Source: Eledone cirrhosa (Eukaryota). Taken from it: DNA of 64,000 bases. The notes beneath the pieces were generated by a model. That model was given only the letters and a program-made list of their open reading frames with translations. It was not told the origin of the DNA and did not search any database. Of the stretch, positions 1 through 25,369 are shown one piece after another. The position numbers were made by a program, and so were the translations under genes. Position 1 is the first letter of the stretch. The number at the start of each line of letters is the position of its first letter. The stretch lies in NCBI GenBank assembly GCA_964016885.1, contig OZ024766.1, positions 3,472,001-3,536,000 on the forward strand, given 5' to 3'.

Positions 1-366
1 AGTACCAGTAATGCACTGGGTAATTGCTGGCCTTGTGCCTAAAGTAGAAACAATTATTTGTTATTGGCAGGGTTGGACGCCATGCTTTCCAGCATAGTTA
101 CGTCCCTTTACGATCTGAGTTCAAATCCCGCCGAGGTTGACTTTGCCTTTCATCCTTACGGGGTCGATAAAATAACGTACCAGTAATGCACTGGGTAATT
201 GCTGGCCTTGTGCCTAAAGTAGAAACAGTTATTGTATAAGAAGCTGTCTGATGAGATCATCACAGCACTGGGTACACGGAAACGTGTGGTCACTGTTGTC
301 ATTGAAATATGTATCACAGCATTATCAATAACGTACTTTAACATCTGAAAGTACTTCACATTTTCT

Positions 367-429
<63 letters not shown>

Positions 430-640
430 TATACATATATATACACATATATATATTGTATGTGTATATGTATACACATACATATATATATATATATATA
501 TATGCATATACACATATATACATATACATACATATATACGAATATAGACATAGAATATTCGAAAATATTCTGTATGTTTATAATAAACATTTTGAAGACC
601 TAATCGCTATAGAATAGAATACGTCACGTATTACAATTAG

Positions 641-730
641 ATTCTCGATAAAAGCAAGGGAAGTAAGTCTACGCGTTTCATTCTTGTTAGAATTCATCAG
701 GACTACATATCCAGTGCTTTCATCGAGAAT
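641..730 (-). ncRNA. Type I hammerhead ribozyme, first of 4 - strand copies (others 952-1041, 1263-1352, 1574-1663)
   Basis: Reverse complement of the 2006-2095 motif; TCATCAG at 694-700, 1005-1011, 1316-1322, 1627-1633. Confidence 0.92.
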
Positions 731-2005
731 GACACAGCTAGAGACTTATAGAATACTTAGCTGTGTACAGGAACTGGTTTGAAAGAGCGGTTGCCGGTCC
801 GGCAGAAATTAGAAATTGGAATAAATGCTCTGAAATAGCGATATATATGTGAATATAGACATAGAATATTCGAAAATATTCTGTATGTTTATAATAAACA
901 TTTTGAAGACCTAATCGCTATAGAATAGAATACGTCACGTATTACAATTAGATTCTCGATAAAAGCAAGGGAAGTAAGTCTACGCGTTTCATTCTTGTTA
1001 GAATTCATCAGGACTACATATCCAGTGCTTTCATCGAGAATGACACAGCTAGAGACTTATAGAATACTTAGCTGTGTACAGGAACTGGTTTGAAAGAGCG
1101 GTTGCCGGTCCGGCAGAAATTAGAAATTGGAATAAATGCTCTGAAATAGCGATATATATGTGAATATAGACATAGAATATTCGAAAATATTCTGTATGTT
1201 TATAATAAACATTTTGAAGACCTAATCGCTATAGAATAGAATACGTCACGTATTACAATTAGATTCTCGATAAAAGCAAGGGAAGTAAGTCTACGCGTTT
1301 CATTCTTGTTAGAATTCATCAGGACTACATATCCAGTGCTTTCATCGAGAATGACACAGCTAGAGACTTATAGAATACTTAGCTGTGTACAGGAACTGGT
1401 TTGAAAGAGCGGTTGCCGGTCCGGCAGAAATTAGAAATTGGAATAAATGCTCTGAAATAGCGATATATATGTGAATATAGACATAGAATATTCGAAAATA
1501 TTCTGTATGTTTATAATAAACATTTTGAAGACCTAATCGCTATAGAATAGAATACGTCACGTATTACAATTAGATTCTCGATAAAAGCAAGGGAAGTAAG
1601 TCTACGCGTTTCATTCTTGTTAGAATTCATCAGGACTACATATCCAGTGCTTTCATCGAGAATGACACAGCTAGAGACTTATAGAATACTTAGCTGTGTA
1701 CAGGAACTGGTTTGAAAGAGCGGTTGCCGGTCCGGCAGAAATTAGAAATTGGAATAAATGCTCTGAAATAGCGATATATATGTGAATATAGACATAGAAT
1801 ATTCGAAAATATTCTGTATGTTTATAATAAACATTTTGAAGACCTAATCGCTATAGAATAGAATACGTCATATATGTCTATATTCACATATATATCGCTA
1901 TTTCAGAGCATTTATTCCAATTTCTAATTTCTGCCGGACCGGCAACCGCTCTTTCAAACCAGTTCCTGTACACAGCTAAGTATTCTATAAGTCTCTAGCT
2001 GTGTC

Positions 2006-2095
2006 ATTCTCGATGAAAGCACTGGATATGTAGTCCTGATGAATTCTAACAAGAATGAAACGCGTAGACTTACTTCCCTTGCTTTTATCGAGAAT
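2006..2095 (+). ncRNA. Type I hammerhead ribozyme, first of 8 + strand copies (others 2317-2406, 2628-2717, 2939-3028, 3250-3339, 3561-3650, 3872-3961, 4183-4272)
   Basis: AGTC-CTGATGA(2036-2042)-ATTCT/AACA/AGAAT-GAAA(2057-2060)-CGCG-TA-GACT; stem I continues past an internal loop into a 16-bp helix ATTCTCGATGAAAGCA/TGCTTTTATCGAGAAT; predicted cleavage after GUA at 2066. Confidence 0.92.
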
Positions 2096-4471
2096 CTAAT
2101 TGTAATACGTGACGTATTCTATTCTATAGCGATTAGGTCTTCAAAATGTTTATTATAAACATACAGAATATTTTCGAATATTCTATGTCTATATTCACAT
2201 ATATATCGCTATTTCAGAGCATTTATTCCAATTTCTAATTTCTGCCGGACCGGCAACCGCTCTTTCAAACCAGTTCCTGTACACAGCTAAGTATTCTATA
2301 AGTCTCTAGCTGTGTCATTCTCGATGAAAGCACTGGATATGTAGTCCTGATGAATTCTAACAAGAATGAAACGCGTAGACTTACTTCCCTTGCTTTTATC
2401 GAGAATCTAATTGTAATACGTGACGTATTCTATTCTATAGCGATTAGGTCTTCAAAATGTTTATTATAAACATACAGAATATTTTCGAATATTCTATGTC
2501 TATATTCACATATATATCGCTATTTCAGAGCATTTATTCCAATTTCTAATTTCTGCCGGACCGGCAACCGCTCTTTCAAACCAGTTCCTGTACACAGCTA
2601 AGTATTCTATAAGTCTCTAGCTGTGTCATTCTCGATGAAAGCACTGGATATGTAGTCCTGATGAATTCTAACAAGAATGAAACGCGTAGACTTACTTCCC
2701 TTGCTTTTATCGAGAATCTAATTGTAATACGTGACGTATTCTATTCTATAGCGATTAGGTCTTCAAAATGTTTATTATAAACATACAGAATATTTTCGAA
2801 TATTCTATGTCTATATTCACATATATATCGCTATTTCAGAGCATTTATTCCAATTTCTAATTTCTGCCGGACCGGCAACCGCTCTTTCAAACCAGTTCCT
2901 GTACACAGCTAAGTATTCTATAAGTCTCTAGCTGTGTCATTCTCGATGAAAGCACTGGATATGTAGTCCTGATGAATTCTAACAAGAATGAAACGCGTAG
3001 ACTTACTTCCCTTGCTTTTATCGAGAATCTAATTGTAATACGTGACGTATTCTATTCTATAGCGATTAGGTCTTCAAAATGTTTATTATAAACATACAGA
3101 ATATTTTCGAATATTCTATGTCTATATTCACATATATATCGCTATTTCAGAGCATTTATTCCAATTTCTAATTTCTGCCGGACCGGCAACCGCTCTTTCA
3201 AACCAGTTCCTGTACACAGCTAAGTATTCTATAAGTCTCTAGCTGTGTCATTCTCGATGAAAGCACTGGATATGTAGTCCTGATGAATTCTAACAAGAAT
3301 GAAACGCGTAGACTTACTTCCCTTGCTTTTATCGAGAATCTAATTGTAATACGTGACGTATTCTATTCTATAGCGATTAGGTCTTCAAAATGTTTATTAT
3401 AAACATACAGAATATTTTCGAATATTCTATGTCTATATTCACATATATATCGCTATTTCAGAGCATTTATTCCAATTTCTAATTTCTGCCGGACCGGCAA
3501 CCGCTCTTTCAAACCAGTTCCTGTACACAGCTAAGTATTCTATAAGTCTCTAGCTGTGTCATTCTCGATGAAAGCACTGGATATGTAGTCCTGATGAATT
3601 CTAACAAGAATGAAACGCGTAGACTTACTTCCCTTGCTTTTATCGAGAATCTAATTGTAATACGTGACGTATTCTATTCTATAGCGATTAGGTCTTCAAA
3701 ATGTTTATTATAAACATACAGAATATTTTCGAATATTCTATGTCTATATTCACATATATATCGCTATTTCAGAGCATTTATTCCAATTTCTAATTTCTGC
3801 CGGACCGGCAACCGCTCTTTCAAACCAGTTCCTGTACACAGCTAAGTATTCTATAAGTCTCTAGCTGTGTCATTCTCGATGAAAGCACTGGATATGTAGT
3901 CCTGATGAATTCTAACAAGAATGAAACGCGTAGACTTACTTCCCTTGCTTTTATCGAGAATCTAATTGTAATACGTGACGTATTCTATTCTATAGCGATT
4001 AGGTCTTCAAAATGTTTATTATAAACATACAGAATATTTTCGAATATTCTATGTCTATATTCACATATATATCGCTATTTCAGAGCATTTATTCCAATTT
4101 CTAATTTCTGCCGGACCGGCAACCGCTCTTTCAAACCAGTTCCTGTACACAGCTAAGTATTCTATAAGTCTCTAGCTGTGTCATTCTCGATGAAAGCACT
4201 GGATATGTAGTCCTGATGAATTCTAACAAGAATGAAACGCGTAGACTTACTTCCCTTGCTTTTATCGAGAATCTAATTGTAATACGTGACGTATTCTATT
4301 CTATAGCGATTAGGTCTTCAAAATGTTTATTATAAACATACAGAATATTTTCGAATATTCTATGTCTATATTCACATATATATCGCTATTTCAGAGCATT
4401 TATTCCAAATACATATATACATTTATACATACATATATACATACATATATATACATATATATATATATACA

Positions 4472-4507
<36 letters not shown>

Positions 4508-4564
4508 CATATATTTATACACATATATACCTATATACATACATATATATACATATATATATAC

Positions 4565-4607
<43 letters not shown>

Positions 4608-5262
4608 TACATATATATATGTGTGTATGTTGAAATGTATATCTGTAGTTATGTGTGTGTGTGTATATGTATATATATATGTGTGTGTGTGTATATATAT
4701 ATATGTGTGTGTGTGTATATATATATGTGTGTGTGTGTGTTTGTAGTTAATCAGATGTATTTCTTATTTTCAACTCTCATTACCTCCACCACCCCACCAC
4801 CACCACCACCCCACCACTGCCACTACACCACCACCACCACTACACCACCACCACTACACCACCACCACTACCACCACCCCACCACCACCACTACACCGCC
4901 ACCCCCTCCCCACCACCACCACCACCACCACCACTACACCACCACCACTACACCACCACCACTACTACACCACCACCACTACCACCACCCCACCACCACC
5001 ACTACACCGCCACCCCTCCCCACCACCACCACCCCACCACTGCCACTACACCACCACCACCACTACCACTACACCACCCCACCCACCCACCCTCCCCACC
5101 ACCGCCACCGCCACCCCCACCACCGCCACCACTACCACAACCCCACCACCACAACTCCATAACTACCCCCCCCCACCACCACCACCACCACTACACCACT
5201 ACTTACCCACCCATGAAACGCTGAAACTACAACAACAACAACAACAACAACACCACCAACAG

Positions 5263-17474
<12,212 letters not shown>

Positions 17475-17496
17475 GTAATCCTTAGAAATTTGACAA

Positions 17497-18780
17497 AACA
17501 ACAACAATAACAACAATAACAGTAACAACAACAACACTAACACTTACAACAGCAGCAACAACAACAACAGTAACAGCAACAACAATAACACTTACAGCAG
17601 CAGTAACAACAACAACAACAACAACAACAGTAACAACAACAACACTAACAACGACAGTAACAACAACAACAACAGTAACAACAACAACAGTAACAACAAC
17701 AATAACACTTACAACAGCAGTAACAACAACAACAACAACAACAGTAACAACAACAACAACAACAGTAACAACACTAACAACAACAGTAACAACAACAACA
17801 GTAACAACAACAACAGTAACAACAACAACAACAGTAACAACACTAACAACAACAGTAACAACAACAACAGTAGCAACAGTAACAACAGCAACAACAACAC
17901 TAGCAACAACAGTAACAACAACAACAACAGTAACAACAACAGTAACAACAACAACAGTAACAACAACAATAACACTTACAACAGCAGTAACAACAACAAC
18001 AACAACAACAACAGTAACAACAACAACAACAGTAACAACAACAACAACAACAACAACAGTAACAACACTAACAACAACAGTAACAACAACAACAGTAACA
18101 ACAACAACAGTAGCAACAGTAACAACAGCAACAACAACACTAGCAACAACAGTAACAACAACAACAACAGTAACAACAACAGTAACAACAACAACAACAG
18201 TAACAACAACAGTAACAACAACAACAGTAGCAACAACAACAGTAACAACAACAACAGTAACAACAACAACAGTAGCAACAGTAACAACAGCAACAACAAC
18301 ACTAGCAACAACAGTAACAACAACAACAACAACAGTAACAACAACAGTAACAACAACAACAACAGTAACAACAACAGTAACAACAACAACAGTAACAACA
18401 ACAACAGTAACAACAACAGTAACAACAACAACAACAGTAACAACAACAGTAACAACAACAACACTAGCAACAACAACAGTAACAACAACAACAGTAACAA
18501 CAACAGTAACAACAACAACAGTAACAACAACAACACTAACAACAACAACAGTAGCAACAACAACAGTAACAACAACAACAGTAACAACAACAACAGTAGC
18601 AACAGTAACAACAGCAACAACAACACTAGCAACAACAGTAACAACAACAACAACAACAGTAACAACAACAGTAACAACAACAGTAACAACAACAACAGTA
18701 ACAACAACAACACTAACAACAACAACAGTAGCAACAACAGTAACAACAACAACAACAAGAGTAACAACAACAACAACAAT
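17497..18780. repeat. Compound (CAA)n/(CAGTAA) trinucleotide tract
   Basis: Visible directly; source of the poly-V/poly-L ORFs. Confidence 0.95.
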
Positions 18781-18850
18781 AGTTTCTGGCTTTAGCACAA
18801 GGCCATATATATGTGTGTGTGTGCTTGTATATATATATATATATATATTT

Positions 18851-19482
18851 TCAAATGCAGGAGGGCGCTATAGAAGTGGTGGATAGCTTCCGGTACCTAG
18901 GAGATCAGATTAGCATGGGAGGAGGGTGTTCCGAGGCCATAGTATCTAGAATAAGGACGGGTTGGAAGAAGTTTAGGGAGCTGCTTCCTCTGTTGACGAA
19001 GAAGGGTTTCTCTCAGCGTACGAAAGGCCGGTTGTATGATGCCTGCGTGAGGAGCGCGATGCTGCATGGTAGTGAGACATGGGCAGCAACTGCAGAGGAT
19101 ATGCGACGGCTGGAGAGAAATGGGGCAAGCATGCTCCGTTGGATGTGCAGTGTAAATGTGCGTGAACGACCCAGCATAAATGTGTTGAGAGAGAAACTGT
19201 GTCTGAGAGGGATAGAATGTAGTGTACGGGAGAGGAGATTGAGGTGGTATGGACATGTGATGCGCATGGAGGATGACCGATGGGTGAAGAAGTGCCAGGA
19301 AATGCCAGTTGAAGGAAGACGTGGTAGAGGTAGACCACAAAAAACATGGGCGGAGGTGGTGAGAACAGACCTCAGATCATTGAAGCTCACGGTGGAGATG
19401 ACGAGGGACCGTGACGAGTGGAGAGATGCTGTGCTGAATAAGACACGTCCCACCCTTGCAAGCAGGGAAAAGTGGACGTAAA

Positions 19483-19520
<38 letters not shown>
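18851..19520 (+). mobile_element. 5'-truncated RTE-clade LINE with intact RT C-terminal ORF and (GAT)n tail
   Basis: EVVDSFRYLG..MLHGSETW..RRLRWYGHVMR..GRRGRGRPQKTW; stop at 19481. Confidence 0.92.
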
Positions 19521-19591
19521 CAAGCAAAAGGGATATTTGATTTGTTAAGATTTCATTCCTGGATATGTCACTATTTCTAAAACAAACTTTG

Positions 19592-19652
19592 TATTTTATC
19601 TGATGAGAACGTACCAAAGTTTTGGTATCCTTGAAATATATATAATAGAATA
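19592..19652 (+). ncRNA. Minimal hammerhead ribozyme (family D)
   Basis: TATTTTAT-CTGATGA-GAACGTACCAAA..TTTGGTATCCTT-GAAA-TATATA-TA-ATAGAATA. Confidence 0.68.
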
Positions 19653-19694
19653 AATATGGTTTTATAAATATAGTTTCCATTTATTTAATATCAT

Positions 19695-19730
<36 letters not shown>

Positions 19731-19892
19731 CGGTGATGATGATGATGATATATATATATATTTCTCCATGCTAGCATGGGTTAGATGAGTTGTCCTGTTT
19801 TGAGAAATGCCTGATCAGGTGACTATGTGTTGCTCATAAAGAACCGATTTTGGCTTGGTTTCTACAGCTGGATGTCTTTCCTAACACCAACC

Positions 19893-20913
19893 ACATTTAC
19901 AGTGTGGTCTGGGTGCTTTTTGTTGTGACACCTACATGACCACTTTACATTGTGGGCTGGGTGCTTTTTGTCATGACACCTACATGACCACTTTACAGTG
20001 TGGACTGGGTGTTTTTTGTCGTGACACCTACATGACCACTTTACAGTGTGGACTGGGTGTTTTTTGTCGTGACACCTACATGACCACTTTACAGTGTGGA
20101 CTGGGTGTTTTTTGTCGTGACACCTACATGACCACTTTACAGTGTGGACTGGGTGCTTTTTGTCATGACACCTACATGACCACTTTACAGTGTGGACTGG
20201 GTGTTTTTTGTCATGACACCTACATGACCACTTTACAGTGTGGACTGGGTGCTTTTTGTCATGACACCTACATGACCACTTTACAGAGTGGACTGGGTGC
20301 TTTTTGTCATGACACCTACATGACCACTTTACAGAGTGGACTGGGTGCTTTTTGTCATGACACCTACATGACCACTTTACAGAGTGGACTGGGTGCTTTT
20401 TGTCATGACACCTACATGACCACTTTACAGTGTGGACTGGGTGCTTTTTGTCGTGACACCTACATGACCACTTTACAGTGTGGACTGGGTGCTTTTTGTC
20501 GTGACACCTACATGACCACTTTACAGAGTGGACTGGGTGCTTTTTGTCATGACACCTACATGACCACTTTACAGTGTGGGCTGGGGGCTTTTTGTTGTGA
20601 CACCTACATGACCACTTTACAGTGTGGGCTGGGGGCTTTTTGTTGTGACACCTACATGACCACTTTACAGTGTGGACTGGGTGCTTTTTGTCGTGACACC
20701 TACATGACCACTTTACAGTGTGGACTGGGTGCTTTTTGTCGTGACACCTACATGACCACTTTACAGTGTGGACTGGGTGCTTTTTGTCATGACACCTACA
20801 TGACCACTTTACAGAGTGGACTGGGTGCTTTTTGTCATGACACCTACATGACCACTTTACAGTGTGGACTGGGTACTTTTTGTTGTAACAACTACACGAC
20901 CACTTTACAGTGT
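19893..20913. repeat. 48-bp SINE-derived minisatellite (about 21 copies)
   Basis: Unit ACCACTTTACAGTGTGGACTGGGTGCTTTTTGTCATGACACCTACATG. Confidence 0.95.
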
Positions 20914-21730
20914 GGGGTGGAGGCTTCACTGGATGTATATATGGGAGTGGAGGAGGTGGGGTGGTACATATTATACATGTGTTTCTTCAGCCTGTGCCCG
21001 TGGGAAGTTGTGTCTTCTGTATTACAGTACAACGCCAGAGACCCTGGTCTTGTGTCATCGCCTTTGAGAGGTGCAATTGAGCAAGGTCAGCTTTTATCAC
21101 CTCGTCCGATATCTTTCTGGGTCTCCCCACTCCAAGGTTTCCATCGACTTTTAGGGCTCTCTGTGATCCTTCATGCACATCACATCCATATACACACATA
21201 TATACATATATATATATATATACATACACATATATACATATATATACATATATATATATATACACATATATATATATACACATATATATATACATACATA
21301 CACACACACCCACATATACATATATATACACATACACATATATACATATATATATACATATATATATATATACATACACATATACACACATATATACATA
21401 TATATATATATATACATACACATATACACACATATATACATATATATATATATATACATACACATATATACATATATATACATATATATATATACACATA
21501 TATATATATACATACATATACACACACCCACATATACATATATATACACATACACATATATACATATATATATACATATATATATATATATACATACACA
21601 TATACACACATATATACATATATATATATACACACATATATATATACATACATATACACACACCCACACACACATATACATATATATACATGCATACATG
21701 AATATACATACATATATACATATATACATA

Positions 21731-21764
<34 letters not shown>

Positions 21765-21880
21765 CACACACACACACATATACATATATATACATACACA
21801 CACACACATATATATATATATATACATATACACACACACACATATGCATATATATATATATATATATATATACCAAACAG

Positions 21881-21912
21881 GGGGTACACAGGGCAAAAGC
21901 AATAGAAAATAA
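21881..21912 (+). CDS. Possible terminal chitin synthase exon ([10 protein letters not shown]-stop)
   Basis: aaacAG acceptor, phase-compatible with the 17474 donor, unique sequence follows with an AATAAA near 22166; no homology support. Confidence 0.25.
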
Positions 21913-22281
21913 AAGGGAAAAAAAGGACAGTCCCATGTCTTCAGCTAACCTCTGGAAATGACAACAGTTTCAGCTAATTAAGATCGATACCTAACATTCC
22001 AGTGCACATTGGGTCATAGCAAAACAGACACTTGTATTATATGAGGGACTAAATATGAGTGTATAATACTTTATACAATACACTATAACTTATCCTTAAC
22101 TATTTGTAAAAAGAGAATTAAAAAAAATATATTCACCAGAACAATTAAATGACTAACGAAGAGGAATAAATTAATAATCTAATGAGATGTGGCTTCTAGT
22201 TTAATTAAATACTCACTTTAATGATGCTATATATCTGTCTGTCTGTTTGTCTGTGTGTACTTTTCTTTTTGATGTAGCCTG

Positions 22282-22341
<60 letters not shown>

Positions 22342-22508
22342 CTTCTGATGAAGGACTAACATCCGAAACATTAAGATTCCTTTCCTACTATATCAAGTGT
22401 AAAACTAATAATATATTTATTTATTGTGCTGTGTTGTTTGCTTTGTTACTTGTTTGTCTTTTGCATATATATATATATACATACACACACACACACACAC
22501 AAACAATG

Positions 22509-22543
<35 letters not shown>

Positions 22544-23102
22544 GGTAAAGGAGCTCTTAAGAGTCAATGGCCATCCAAAATCACCGGGAGAGATGACCCC
22601 TTAGCCTTTGTCAAGGCCGAATTCTAGGAGAAGGAAAACTCTGATATAACACCTGCAACCCTGATGGTATCCAATTATGTTGACTTGTTCTTCTTTTTGG
22701 TAAATATCATCTTGGTTAAGAGAGTGGGACTGGCTTTGTGCAGTGCCTTTGCTCACTATAAAAGCTTCACGGCACAGGCATTGCTTTATATCTGGAGATC
22801 TCTCTGCACTTGTCGTCACATGGTACCATGGGCCCAGCACTATATGTCAATAATTGTCACAAGTGTAGTGTTTGTACCAGAGTTTTCAAGTCGCTGGCTG
22901 GACTAAAAAGTCACACTCGTTCAGCGCATCGGTAGGGGTTCTCCTACATGGATATAAAGTAGTGGCCGTACTCGAAAACGAGTTGGCAGCCACCGTATAT
23001 ATATATGCATACAATGTATGAAAATATATATATATATTTATACATTCATACAAAATTGAAAAACATAATTGTATACAGCTATGTTCGAAGCTAAATTCTA
23101 AT

Positions 23103-23146
<44 letters not shown>

Positions 23147-23223
23147 GAGGTTATATTTAATTTGTTGGGATTCAACAAGCTTTTTTCCGGGTATGTCAAT
23201 ATTTATTTATAAAACAAACTTTG

Positions 23224-23289
23224 TATTTTATCTGATGAAAGCGCACCATAATTTGCTTTGGTTGCCCTTGAAATATGTATAATAAAATA
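23224..23289 (+). ncRNA. Minimal hammerhead ribozyme (family D)
   Basis: TATTTTAT-CTGATGA-AAGCGCACCA..TGGTTGCCCTT-GAAA-TATGTA-TA-ATAAAATA. Confidence 0.68.
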
Positions 23290-23371
23290 AATATGGTTTT
23301 ATAAATATAGTTTCCATTTATTAATATATTGTATATATATATATATGTGTATATATATATATATGTGTATA

Positions 23372-23493
<122 letters not shown>

Positions 23494-23846
23494 CTCAAAT
23501 ATAAATTTTAAAGTTTTGCATTAAATTAACGTAAATTAAAATATATATATATTTTTTTATTCTTTCATGACGAATGGCGATATTTTTTAAGGAAGAACTA
23601 TTTGATGATTTCTCCTGCATGAAACAGTTCTAGTCCTGTAGACGCCATTTCTATATTATATATTAAATATTTATACTCTGCTATGTATTGAGTACCTTAC
23701 TTACCGTGGTTACCTCCGATTCAACCCGGAATAAACATATATATATATATATATATATATATGGAAGGGTGGACATTAAATGAAAATGATGATGATATAT
23801 ATATATATATATATGCACATATATATATGTATGTATATATATATAT

Positions 23847-24053
<207 letters not shown>

Positions 24054-24065
24054 CATACATATATA

Positions 24066-24099
<34 letters not shown>

Positions 24100-24111
24100 C
24101 GCATATATATA

Positions 24112-24150
<39 letters not shown>

Positions 24151-24707
24151 GCGTGAGACACAGTCGCCCGACCAATCTTGCCGCAAATGGAACAAACCCA
24201 TCAAACCCAATGCTAGCGTACAAGATGGATGTTAAATGATGCTTGCAGGGGACAGACGGGTTGACCATGCCGGGAAGCAGATAATTTATAATAAATGAAG
24301 CCAAATTTAACATGTTTGACTTACTTATTTTATATATATGCCCCAGCATGGCCTCAGCCGGATGGCTGAAACAGGTAAAAGAGTAAAAGAGTATATAATA
24401 ATAGTAATAAATTGAAAATATATACTATAGCATCAAATTTTTCCATTTATTACTATTATAATACTCCACATAAATGTTAACTGTTGAGTGCTCTATAACT
24501 GTTATGAACATAACTCATCGTTTTTATATATATATATATATATATTGTTATACTTTGGGAGGGTCATGTTGCCAATAAGAAACACACGCACCAGTTGTTT
24601 TCACTTCAATTTATTATATATTTATAAATTTATAAATTTACAAATTTACAAACTTATAAATTTCTGGTTGGTTGGTTGGTTCCACAACCAGATAGTTGTT
24701 TATATAT

Positions 24708-24752
24708 AGTCATAGTCCTTTCGTCACACACTCTGTGACCTCTTCAGTGACT
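24708..24752 (-). ncRNA. Minimal hammerhead ribozyme (family E; degenerate relative at 9784-9826)
   Basis: On -: AGTCA-CTGAAGA-G-GTCACA/GAGTG/TGTGAC-GAAA-GGAC-TA-TGACT. Confidence 0.68.
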
Positions 24753-25304
24753 GGGGATTCCTTTCCTTTGTTTCTGTGCCTTTCCTTTCTTCTATCCTAC
24801 GCCATTTTGTTTCTGTGAAATTGAAGTGAAAGCAACTGGTGCGTGTGTTTCTTATTGGCAACATGACCCTCCCAAAGTATAATAATATCGGTTTCAACAC
24901 ACGATTTCAGATAAAGAATCTTGCTAAACAAATTCAGAAACAAAATATATATATATATATAGGAACAAGTAAGACCCCGACGGCTGAGCTCAAGCCGTTT
25001 CGACGGCTAATTCTGTACTGAATTAGCCGTCGAAACGGCTTGAGCTCAGCCGTCGGGGTCTTACTTACTCCTATTACGCACTCTACTACCCTAAGTATTG
25101 AGTACTTTGGTGCGTTATGGTCCACCTGGTTCCTTACCACTTTTCCTTCGCTATATATATATATATATGTAGAAGTTCTATTTAAATTGTTGGGATACAT
25201 ACAACAAGCAAATATGTTTATAACTGATATAAAGCACTCAACAAGTATTTGGAGTAAAAATACAATATATTAACAAATGGAAACTATATTTATAAAACCA
25301 TATT

Positions 25305-25369
25305 TATTTTATTATACATATTTCAAGGACACCACGTTAAATTGTGGTGTGCTTTCATCAGACAAAATA
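25305..25369 (-). ncRNA. Minimal hammerhead ribozyme (family D)
   Basis: On -: TATTTTGT-CTGATGA-AAGCACACCAC..GTGGTGTCCTT-GAAA-TATGTA-TA-ATAAAATA. Confidence 0.72.

Larger units (their letters stand above)
540..4408. repeat. 311-bp tandem array with one hammerhead ribozyme per unit (retrozyme-like); about 4.3 units in one orientation (540-1870), then about 8.2 units inverted (1873-4408)
   Basis: AATATAGACATAG recurs at 541, 852, 1163, 1474, 1785; its reverse complement recurs every 311 bp from 1873 to 4361; units look identical by eye; flanked on both sides by (TA)n. Confidence 0.97.

Noticed and set aside
241-348. Short + strand open frame KLSDEIITALGTRK... as a chitin synthase exon
   Set aside because: No convincing acceptor or recognisable motif; ends in a stop
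17482-18798. Mucin-like poly-Thr or poly-Val/Leu coding region (also 61195-62242, 31791-32540)
   Set aside because: Trinucleotide tracts beside real exon boundaries; no splice-phase support
19936-21961. Long ORFs with 16-aa repeats and YI/HT runs (similar at 27255-28066, 34676-35904, 50238-51797, 58757-59937)
   Set aside because: Translations of minisatellites and (TA)n/(CA)n, open in multiple frames and strands
22540-22990. ORFs at 22601-22906 as a gene
   Set aside because: Shares CCTTCTCCTAG..TGACAAAGGCTA with 53331-53370, indicating a dispersed repeat fragment
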